Assembly: GCA_964587515.1 (NCBI GenBank)
Contig: CAZPMO010000008.1
Coordinates: 1-54,580, forward strand
Direction of reading: 5' to 3'
Length of the DNA: 54,580 nt
Source of the DNA: an uncultured Rhodospirillaceae bacterium
GTDB taxonomy: Bacteria > Pseudomonadota > Alphaproteobacteria > MPNO01
Below the pieces are notes generated by a model that saw nothing but the letters and a program-made list of their open reading frames with translations, was not told where the DNA came from and ran no database searches. Positions 10,165 to 18,071 of the stretch are shown here, in pieces. The translations under genes and the position numbers were made by a program. The number at the start of each line of letters is the position of its first letter. Position 1 is the stretch's first letter.

Positions 10165-11133
10165 TTAACGGCTTCGAGCCGATTTCGGCATGTCGCGATG
10201 TCCGATGGCGACGCGCTCGCCATGCTGTTCGAGCCAGGCCGCGAGGCGTTCAGTGACGAATACCGAGCGGTGCTGGCCCCCGGTGCAGCCGATCGCAATG
10301 GTGAGATAGCTCTTGCCCTCCTTGCTGAATCTCGGCAACAGCGAGCCTAGCATGGTGGTCACGGAATGAAAGAATTCTTCGAACCCGGCATCGCCGGCGA
10401 TAAACTTCGCCACCGCTTTGTCCTGGCCGGTCAGGCCCTGCAATTTCGGCTCATAATGCGGATTGGCGAGGAAGCGGGCGTCGAGCACGATATCCGCTTC
10501 CGGCGGCAGGCCTCGGCGGTAGGAGAACGAGGTGATGAACACGGCGACGCCGCGCTGTTCTTCCGGCGCGAAGTGCCCGTGCAGCAACCTTTTCAAATCA
10601 CCAAGGATCATGTCAGAGGTCTCGACGACGAGATCGGCGCGCTCGCGCAGTGGCGCCAGAATGCCGCGCTCGTGGCGAATGCCGTCGGCCACCGGCCTGT
10701 CCGTGGCCAGGGGGTGCAGCCTGCGGGTCTCGGTGAACCGGCGCAGCAACACTTCGTCCTTGCAGTCGATGAAGACCAGCTTCACATCGATCATCCGGTC
10801 GCCGATCAATTCGTCGATTTCGTGGAGGAACGGCGCGGCGCCGAAATCGCGGGTTCGGATGTCGACGCCGATGGCGATGGGTGTGTGAGATCTCGACGAG
10901 GGCTTCAGCAGATTGGCGAGCAATGACAGCGGCAGGTTGTCGACCGCCTCATACCCCAGATCTTCGAGGACTTTTAGCGCCGCGCTCTTGCCGGCGCCGG
11001 AAACGCCGGTGATCAGCACGACGTGCTGCGGCTGACGGGGAGTTCTCGGCGCGGGCGTCCCACGCTTGGCCGTGGGCTTTCTCGCGGTCTTCGAGCTCTT
11101 CTTTTTCGCGGTTTTTCTGGGCGGTTGGGTCAT
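10165..11133 (-). CDS. rapZ: RNase adapter / NTPase RapZ (YhbJ family), possibly with a ~37-aa Lys/Arg/Pro-rich N-terminal extension
   Basis: P-loop VVLITGVSGAGKSAALKVLEDLGYEAVDNLP and C-terminal GCTGGQHRSV. The ATG at 11133 overlaps the hprK stop (ATGA). The true start could be further downstream. Confidence 0.85.
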   Translation of the reverse strand: MTQPPRKTAKKKSSKTARKPTAKRGTPAPRTPRQPQHVVLITGVSGAGKSAALKVLEDLGYEAVDNLPLSLLANLLKPSSRSHTPIAIGVDIRTRDFGAAPFLHEIDELIGDRMIDVKLVFIDCKDEVLLRRFTETRRLHPLATDRPVADGIRHERGILAPLRERADLVVETSDMILGDLKRLLHGHFAPEEQRGVAVFITSFSYRRGLPPEADIVLDARFLANPHYEPKLQGLTGQDKAVAKFIAGDAGFEEFFHSVTTMLGSLLPRFSKEGKSYLTIAIGCTGGQHRSVFVTERLAAWLEQHGERVAIGHRDMPKSARSR

Positions 11134-11597
11134 CGCACCGTTGTATCAGACGCGGGAAAAGTCTCGGCCCGATGGTTCCGGGCCAGTCCCTGGACGATAA
11201 GCCTCGCCTTGGCCGCCGCCGAGGCCTCGAACGGCGCGAGCCTCACCAGTGGAATGCTCACTCCAAGGGCTTCCCATATGGTCTTTTCCGGTAGACGATC
11301 AAGGGTTTCGGGCTCGGTCAACTCGATAGCCAGGCCGAGCGTCGCCAACGGCAGGGCGTCGATTGGGATGATGCCCACACCCCTGACCTCAAGCCGTCCC
11401 ACTATATTTCGCGGGGCCGAGGCGACCAGATCCGTCCCATCCCGGACGAGCGAGACCTGGTCGTCCGCCACCAATTGCGCGCCGCCGTCCATAAGCCGCA
11501 GCGCAAGGTCCGATTTACCGCTCGCCGGCGCCCCCAACAACAAGACACCGGCGCCGTCGATCGCCACGCAGGTGGCATGGATGAGATGCTGTTCCAT
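11130..11597 (-). CDS. hprK: HPr kinase/phosphorylase, short alphaproteobacterial form (C-terminal catalytic domain only)
   Basis: From the internal ATG: MEQHLIHATCVAIDGAGVLLLGAPASGKSDLALRL...LEVRGVGI. The P-loop and signature match HprK. The start lies 1 nt after the chvG stop. Confidence 0.8.
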   Translation of the reverse strand: MEQHLIHATCVAIDGAGVLLLGAPASGKSDLALRLMDGGAQLVADDQVSLVRDGTDLVASAPRNIVGRLEVRGVGIIPIDALPLATLGLAIELTEPETLDRLPEKTIWEALGVSIPLVRLAPFEASAAAKARLIVQGLARNHRAETFPASDTTVR

Positions 11598-11598
11598 G

Positions 11599-13272
11599 TC
11601 AGGACGCCGGCAGACGGACTTCGAAATGGGCGCCGGCGACGCGGCCGTTCTCGGTGCGCCGGTTGGAAGCGACGATCGTGCCGCCATGCGCTTCGACGAT
11701 CTGGCGTGAAATACAGAGGCCGAGCCCCGAATGGGTGCCGAACGCCTCGCCATCGGGCCGTTCGGTATAAAACCGGTCGAAGATCGAATCGAGATTGTCC
11801 TCGGGGATTCCGGGTCCGTCGTCGTCGACGGTTACTTCCACCACCCCGTTGTCGCGCGCCGCCGTCATGCGCACCACGCCGCCCGGCGGACTGAACGAGA
11901 ACGCATTGCTGATCAGGTTCTGGAACACCTGAACCAGCCGACCCTCGATGCCGTCGACCCGGATTCCGTCCGGCGAAACGGTCTTGAGTTCAAGGTGCGG
12001 CTGCGCGTTGGTGGATGTGGATTCGTGGACCTGCGCCAGCGCCGACAGCAGCCGGCCGAGATCGACCGGTTCCATGGCCGCGCGTGCAAGCTCCGCGTCA
12101 AGCCTGGAGGCGCCGGAAATATCGCTGATCAACCGGTCGAGACGTTTGACATCTTCCTGGATAATCGACATCAGCTTGCGCTGTTGTTCGGGATCGGAGA
12201 CCCGCGCCGCGGTCTCGACCGCGCTCTGCAGCGACGTCAACGGATTCTTGATCTCGTGGGCGACATCAGCGGCGAAACTCTCGACAGCTTCCAGGCGCTG
12301 CCAAAGCGCTTCGGTCATGCCGCGCAATGCGATAGACAAATCGCCGATCTCGTCGCGGCGATGGGTGAAATCGGGGATCGACTCGCTGGTGCCCTGGCCG
12401 CCGCGCACCAGATCGGCGGCGGCGGCGAGGCGACGCACCGGACGCGCAATGGTGCCCGCGAGGTAGATCGACAGCAGGACCGTAACGGCAAGCGCGATCG
12501 CGAAGACCTTTAGAATGCCGAACCGGACCTCGCGCACCGTGAACTCGATCTCGCCGCTGCCCGTGCTCAGCATCAACGCGCCCAGCACCTTCTTGAAGCG
12601 CTGCACCGGCACCGTGGCAATCAGGACTTTCTGGCCGGTTGAGGCAAGCTGCAACGACCGGGAGGGCTCGCCCGACAGCGCCGTGGTCACGGCCTCGTAA
12701 TCCTCGGCGCGTTGCGCGGCGCGTTCGTGGTAAGGGGGAAGGCTGAGGCGTTCAGGCAAAAGATCGATCACCGTTTCGTAAAACCGCACGACAACCCGTT
12801 CCAGCGACCCGTCGGGTTGCGGCGGTGGCAGAATTTCGACCTCGACCGCGCCGCCTTGCCCGCGCAAAAAGCGGCTGTCGGCGATCAGGCGTCCGTCGGC
12901 GGCGAACAGGCGAGCCCGGGTCCGCGTCGGTTCGACCAGCCGGCGCAGCATCTGGCGGGAAATGATGGAGAGCAGAGACTGGGTGCCGTCGGGACCGGTG
13001 GCGACGGCGCCCTGGCCGATCGCGCCGGCGAAAATCTCGCCCTGTATGGTCAGCGCGTCGAGCTCGGCTTCGATCAGCCCGTCCTCGTACTGGCCGAGAT
13101 AAAGCAGCCCGCCGAAGAGAATCCCCAACGCCACGATGTTCACGGTGAGAATGCGCCGGGTCAGCGGCGAAACCAGCCTGGCGCGCCGGCGGCGGTCGGG
13201 GTCGACGCGACGGGCCGGCGCCTGGCGCTCGGTGCTTGCCGGGGCGAGCCTCTCTCCAGCCCTTAGCGCCAA
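11599..13272 (-). CDS. chvG: sensor histidine kinase ChvG/ExoS/BvrS-like
   Basis: 557 aa with two TM segments, HAMP, the H-box FAADVAHEIKNPLTSL and an HATPase domain. It lies directly downstream of chvI and upstream of hprK. Start codon is TTG. Confidence 0.8.
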   Translation of the reverse strand: MALRAGERLAPASTERQAPARRVDPDRRRRARLVSPLTRRILTVNIVALGILFGGLLYLGQYEDGLIEAELDALTIQGEIFAGAIGQGAVATGPDGTQSLLSIISRQMLRRLVEPTRTRARLFAADGRLIADSRFLRGQGGAVEVEILPPPQPDGSLERVVVRFYETVIDLLPERLSLPPYHERAAQRAEDYEAVTTALSGEPSRSLQLASTGQKVLIATVPVQRFKKVLGALMLSTGSGEIEFTVREVRFGILKVFAIALAVTVLLSIYLAGTIARPVRRLAAAADLVRGGQGTSESIPDFTHRRDEIGDLSIALRGMTEALWQRLEAVESFAADVAHEIKNPLTSLQSAVETAARVSDPEQQRKLMSIIQEDVKRLDRLISDISGASRLDAELARAAMEPVDLGRLLSALAQVHESTSTNAQPHLELKTVSPDGIRVDGIEGRLVQVFQNLISNAFSFSPPGGVVRMTAARDNGVVEVTVDDDGPGIPEDNLDSIFDRFYTERPDGEAFGTHSGLGLCISRQIVEAHGGTIVASNRRTENGRVAGAHFEVRLPAS

Positions 13273-13278
13273 CCGCGC

Positions 13279-13980
13279 CTACCCATCCCTGTATCGATAG
13301 CCGATGCCATACAGGGTCTCTATTTCGCCGAAATCATCATCGATTGATTTGAACTTCTTGCGCAAACGCTTGATATGACTATCGATGGTGCGATCGTCCA
13401 CATAGACGTGCTCGCCATAGGCCGCGTCCATGAGCTGGTCACGGCTTTTGACATGTCCCGGCCGCGCCGCCAGCGCCTTAACGATCAGGAACTCGGTCAC
13501 CGTAAGGTCTACTGGTTTGCTCTTCCAGGCGCACAGATGACGCGATGAATCGAGCACCAGGTCGCCGCGTACGACGGTCGGGTCGACGGCTGAGTCGTTT
13601 CCGGTGTCGCCGCCTTTTTCGTGACGGCGCAGGATGGTCCGGATGCGTTCCAGCAGCAGGCGCTGGGAAAACGGTTTCTTGATATAGTCGTCGGCGCCCA
13701 TCCGGAGCCCGAGCAGCTCATCGACTTCGTCGTCCTTCGAGGTCAGGAAGATAATGGGCAGATCGCTCTTGCTGCGCAGTTTCGACAGCAACTCCATTCC
13801 GTCCATGCGCGGCATCTTGATGTCCAGGACGGCGAGATCGGCGGGTTTCGACGTCAGCCCCTGCAGGGCCGAGGCCCCGTCGGTATAGGTCTGCACTTCG
13901 AATCCCTCGGCCTCGAGCGCCATCGACACCGAGGTCAGGATGTTCCGATCGTCGTCGACGAGCGCAATAGTCTGCTTCAC
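13279..13980 (-). CDS. chvI: OmpR-family response regulator ChvI/BvrR-like
   Basis: 233 aa with a receiver domain (LVDDDRNIL...DIKMPRMDG) plus a winged-helix C-terminus (GIGYRY). Confidence 0.85.
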   Translation of the reverse strand: MKQTIALVDDDRNILTSVSMALEAEGFEVQTYTDGASALQGLTSKPADLAVLDIKMPRMDGMELLSKLRSKSDLPIIFLTSKDDEVDELLGLRMGADDYIKKPFSQRLLLERIRTILRRHEKGGDTGNDSAVDPTVVRGDLVLDSSRHLCAWKSKPVDLTVTEFLIVKALAARPGHVKSRDQLMDAAYGEHVYVDDRTIDSHIKRLRKKFKSIDDDFGEIETLYGIGYRYRDG

Positions 13981-14165
13981 CGTCTGCGTCCTCCAAAAGG
14001 CCCCGTGGCCCCGACCGGCTGATAATAGCCCAATCAGGTTCTCTAAGCCCTAACGCCTTAATACGGCATAAATGGGGCCGACCACGGGCGTTTCGCAAGG
14101 GATTCGCGCCATATTCCCTAAATTTGCCCTGATTTGTCGCGTGCGCCGCTGTTCCATGGGTTAAC

Positions 14166-14436
14166 AGGTAATACCAGCGATCCTTGATATTGGCCTGTTT
14201 CACCGGAGAGAACTTCATCACCGGGCAGGAGCGGTTCGCGCCATGGTACGTGTACCACAAGCGGGCCGCGACGCCCTCGGTGATGAAGTTATCCCGGCCT
14301 GCGGTGGCCGTGAGGGCACGACCCGCCGCGTTGCGATGCTTGCCCGATACACCGTATCGCGCCGCGCAACGCTCCTAACGGGTCGAGCCCTCACGGCCAT
14401 GAAACAGGTCAATATCAACGATCGCTGGTATGACCT
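14166..14436. repeat. nested-palindrome element: 37-nt outer inverted arms enclosing two long internal hairpins
   Basis: Arms 14166-14202 and 14400-14436 are reverse complements. The 32-nt core ataccagcgatccttgatattggcctgtttca pairs at 30/32. Inner stems are 14211-14223/14278-14290 (13/13) and 14305-14323/14381-14399 (18/19). Confidence 0.8.
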
Positions 14437-14448
14437 ATATTACAGGGC

Positions 14449-15183
14449 ATGAGAGAGCACGCTGATGATCTTGGCGGTAACGCCCGGCGGCTGATGCGCG
14501 CCGCCGACCGCGCGACGCTGTCGACGGCGCTGGCCGAGGACGGCTGGCCCTACGCCTCGCTGGTCCTGCTGGGATGCGGTCATGACGCGGTGCCGCTGGC
14601 GCTGATTTCGGACCTGGCCGAGCATACCAGGAACCTTCATTCCGACGCACGCGCTTCGCTCCTCTATGACGGCACCGCCGGGCTCGATGAGCCGTTGACG
14701 GGGACCCGCGTGACCGCGCTTGGCCGCTTCGAGAAATGCGACGACGGCGCGCTGCGCGACCGTTATATCCGGCGGCACCCCGGGGCCAGGGATTACGCCG
14801 CGTTCGCCGATTTCAATCTTTACCGCATGTCGGTCGAACGCGTGCATGTGGTCGCCGGCTTCGGCGCGATCCATTGGCTGGCGGGTGAAAGCGTTCTGTA
14901 TGACGCGGCGCCCGCGCTCATCGAGGCCGAGCCCGATATCGTCGCGCATATGAACGAGGATCATGCCGAAGCGATCGGACTTTATGCCCGCGACCTGCTG
15001 GGCCGGGCCGGCAAGGGCTGGGTGATGACGGGCGTGGACCCGGAGGGCTGTGATTTGCGCAATGGCGGCGAGACGGCGCGGCTGGGTTTCGACGAACCCG
15101 TCGCCGACGCGGACGCCGCGCGCGCGGCGCTGGTGGCGCTGGTGAAAAAGGCGCGCCAGGGGGGAGAAATTTCGCCCAGTTAA
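14449..15183 (+). CDS. HugZ-family / pyridoxamine-5-phosphate-oxidase-related FMN-binding protein with DUF2470-like C-terminus
   Basis: 244 aa. GWPYASLV...LISDLAEHTRNL and the C-terminal IVAHMNEDHAEA motif fit HugZ/HutZ-like heme utilisation proteins. Confidence 0.7.
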   Translation: MREHADDLGGNARRLMRAADRATLSTALAEDGWPYASLVLLGCGHDAVPLALISDLAEHTRNLHSDARASLLYDGTAGLDEPLTGTRVTALGRFEKCDDGALRDRYIRRHPGARDYAAFADFNLYRMSVERVHVVAGFGAIHWLAGESVLYDAAPALIEAEPDIVAHMNEDHAEAIGLYARDLLGRAGKGWVMTGVDPEGCDLRNGGETARLGFDEPVADADAARAALVALVKKARQGGEISPS

Positions 15184-15305
15184 CGCGGAATCGCGCCGCG
15201 TTCTGTTGCAACAGGCAGGCCCTCAGATTATGTTCGGCCTGCCTTTCGCGAGGGGGATAAAGGGAGTGGCTCCGCAACGGACCACCCGTGATCAGGAGGA
15301 CTAAG

Positions 15306-16916
15306 GTGAATCAGACGGGACAGTTCATCAGCCGCTTCGGGCTGGAAAATCACGGGTTGAGCAACCTCAGCGCGGCGCACTGGAATCTCTCGACGCCAGC
15401 GCTCTACGAACACGCATTGCGGCGTGGCGAGGGCGAGCTTGCCTATGGCGGCGGCTTCGTCACCGTGACCGGCGAATACACCGGGCGCTCGCCGAAGGAC
15501 AAGTTCATCGTCGAAGAGCCGTCTTCGAGCGGCGATATCTGGTGGGGACCGGTCAATAACAAGATCTCCGAGGATCATTTCGACATCGTCCACAAGCGCA
15601 TGCTGGCCTATTTCCAGGGTCGCGAAGTGTTCGTGCGCGACGTCTATGCCGGCGCCGACCCGGAATTCCGCCTGAACGTTCGGGTGGTGACCGAGCAGGC
15701 CTGGCACAATCTGTTTACCGGCAACATGTTCATCCCGCCGGCGGCCGATGCGCTGCATGAGTTCGAGCCCCAATTCACCGTGCTGCACGCCCCCAACATG
15801 CAGTCGATCCCGGAGATCGACGGCACCGATTCCGAGGTTTTCGTGTTGCTGAACTTCGCCAAGCGCCTGGTGCTGGTCGGCGGCTCGCACTACACCGGCG
15901 AAATCAAGAAGACCATCTTCTCGGTGCTCAACTATCTGTTGCCGGCGCGCGGCGTCCTCCCGATGCATTGCTCGTCCAATATCGGGCCCGACGGCGATAC
16001 CGCGATCTTCTTCGGCCTGTCCGGCACCGGCAAGACCACCCTATCGTCGGAACCCACGCGCATGCTGATCGGCGACGACGAACATGGCTGGTCGGATAAC
16101 GGTGTGTTCAATTTCGAGGGCGGCTGCTACGCCAAGGCGATCAAGCTGTCGGCCGAAGCCGAGCCCGAGATTCACGCCGCCTGCTTCCGTTTCGGCACGG
16201 TTCTGGAAAACGTCGTGCTAAAGGGCGAATCACGCATTCCCGATTTCGACGACGGCTCGCTGACCGAGAATACGCGGGCTTCCTATCCACTTGATTTCAT
16301 TCCGAATACCAGCGACAAGGGCATGGGCGGGCATCCCGAGAATATCGTGATGCTGACCGCCGACGCGTTCGGCGTGCTGCCGCCCATCAGCCAGCTCACC
16401 GCCGAACAGGCGATGTACCATTTCCTGTCGGGCTATACAGCCAAGGTCGCGGGCACCGAACGCGGTCTCGGCAACGAGCCCGAGGCGACGTTCTCGACCT
16501 GCTTCGGCGCGCCGTTCCTGCCGCGTCATCCGACGGTCTATGCCAAACTGCTGGGAGAGAAAATCGCCAAGCACGGCGCGAAGTGCTGGCTGGTCAATAC
16601 CGGCTGGTCGGGCGGCGCCTATGGCGTCGGCGAGCGCATGAAGATCGCCCACACCCGCGGCATGCTGCGCGCCGCACTCGAAGGCAAGCTAGCCTCGGTG
16701 GCGTCCGCGCCGGATCCCAATTTCGGCATGCTGGTGCCGGAATCCTGCCCCGACGTGCCCCAGGAAGTGCTCAATCCGAAATCGACCTGGAGCGACAAGA
16801 AGGGCTATGACGACATGGCCCGCAATCTCGCCCAGCGCTTCGAGAAGAATTTCGAACAGTTCGAAAGCGCCGTCGACGACAAGGTCAAGGCCGCCGGCAT
16901 CCACGCCGCCGCGTAA
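15306..16916 (+). CDS. pckA: phosphoenolpyruvate carboxykinase (ATP)
   Basis: Signature FFGLSGTGKTTLS and overall PckA similarity. The GTG at 15306 follows the aggagga RBS; the track ORF starts at a GTG at 15288. Confidence 0.93.
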   Translation: MNQTGQFISRFGLENHGLSNLSAAHWNLSTPALYEHALRRGEGELAYGGGFVTVTGEYTGRSPKDKFIVEEPSSSGDIWWGPVNNKISEDHFDIVHKRMLAYFQGREVFVRDVYAGADPEFRLNVRVVTEQAWHNLFTGNMFIPPAADALHEFEPQFTVLHAPNMQSIPEIDGTDSEVFVLLNFAKRLVLVGGSHYTGEIKKTIFSVLNYLLPARGVLPMHCSSNIGPDGDTAIFFGLSGTGKTTLSSEPTRMLIGDDEHGWSDNGVFNFEGGCYAKAIKLSAEAEPEIHAACFRFGTVLENVVLKGESRIPDFDDGSLTENTRASYPLDFIPNTSDKGMGGHPENIVMLTADAFGVLPPISQLTAEQAMYHFLSGYTAKVAGTERGLGNEPEATFSTCFGAPFLPRHPTVYAKLLGEKIAKHGAKCWLVNTGWSGGAYGVGERMKIAHTRGMLRAALEGKLASVASAPDPNFGMLVPESCPDVPQEVLNPKSTWSDKKGYDDMARNLAQRFEKNFEQFESAVDDKVKAAGIHAAA

Positions 16917-16934
16917 AAAGAAAGACCTAGAACT

Positions 16935-17990
16935 CTATCGCCAGCCGGCGCGGTCGAACATGCGGACCGCGTCGGCGTTTTTCCCGCCGAGAATTTCGAT
17001 ATCGAGCGCGTCGGCCTTGAACTTGCCGAGCGCGGCGACCGGCGCCGACAGCGCGACTCCGGAACGCACCGGGAATTCGTGGGCGACGGCGGCATAAATT
17101 TTCTGCGCCGCCGGGCTCGCCAGGAATTCGATCAGACGGATCGCTTCTTTCCGGTTCTTGGCGCTTTTCGCGACGCCGGCGCCCGAGACGTTGACATGCG
17201 CGCCGCGCCCACCCTGGTTGGGCCAGAACGGGCGCACCTTCGCGGCGACCGCCTGGTCGCGGGATTTCTTGGAGGCCGCGAGCCGCGCGTAATAATAGTG
17301 ATTGGCGATCGCGACATCGCCGGCCCCCGCCGCCACGGCTCGAATTTGATCGGTATCGCCGCCCTGCGGCCGGCGCGCGAAATTGGAAACCATCGCCTTC
17401 GCCCAGGCTTCGGCCTTCGCCGGGCCGTGATGGTGGATCAGCGACGCCAGCAATGACTGGTTATAAATGTTGCTGGACGATCGGATCAGCACGCGTCCCT
17501 TCCAGGCGGGGGCGGCCAACGCCTCGTATGTCGACAGATGTGACGGTTTCACCCGGTCGACGGCATAGAACATGATGCGGGCGCGCACGCCGAGCCCGAA
17601 CCAGTAGCCTTCGGGATCGCGATACCGCGCCGGGACAGCGGCGTTCAGCGCGGCCGAGGCGATGGGTTGGAGAATGCCCAGCGTCTTCGCGCGCACCAGG
17701 CGGCCGGCGTCGGCCGAGAGCAGGATGTCCGCCGGGCTGTTCGCGCCCTCGCGCCGGATGCGCTGGATCAGGGCGTCGGCCTGCCCGGTGACCAGATTGT
17801 AGCGAATCCCGGTGGCCCGGCGGAACGCCTCCAGCTGCGGCTTGATCAGCGCTTCCTTCCGGTAGGAATAGATATTGACCTGACCGGCGGCGACCTCGAT
17901 CGCGCCCATGATAACAATCGCGGCGAGCGCCGCGGCCATGGTCGTCACCCGCCGCCGTATCTTGTTTTTTGAATTTTCCCGGGACAGCAT
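16935..17990 (-). CDS. Fe(3+) ABC-transporter periplasmic binding protein (FbpA/AfuA family); no permease or ATPase adjacent
   Basis: Signal peptide plus NIYSYRKEALIKPQLEAF...ADILLSADAGRL, typical of ferric-binding proteins. The start is taken at the internal ATG (17990). Confidence 0.75.
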   Translation of the reverse strand: MLSRENSKNKIRRRVTTMAAALAAIVIMGAIEVAAGQVNIYSYRKEALIKPQLEAFRRATGIRYNLVTGQADALIQRIRREGANSPADILLSADAGRLVRAKTLGILQPIASAALNAAVPARYRDPEGYWFGLGVRARIMFYAVDRVKPSHLSTYEALAAPAWKGRVLIRSSSNIYNQSLLASLIHHHGPAKAEAWAKAMVSNFARRPQGGDTDQIRAVAAGAGDVAIANHYYYARLAASKKSRDQAVAAKVRPFWPNQGGRGAHVNVSGAGVAKSAKNRKEAIRLIEFLASPAAQKIYAAVAHEFPVRSGVALSAPVAALGKFKADALDIEILGGKNADAVRMFDRAGWR

Positions 17991-18071
17991 CTGAATTCCT
18001 TGGTGGTTTTTATTGCGAACGAATATCAATTGCATACAATACCCGGTGATCGGGCGCAAATCAAATTCCGG

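Noticed and set aside
14184-14452. Short ORFs (64-69 aa) inside the nested palindrome
   Set aside because: They are Arg/Ala-rich with no RBS, and their extents simply follow the palindromic symmetry. The structure explains the region better than coding does.
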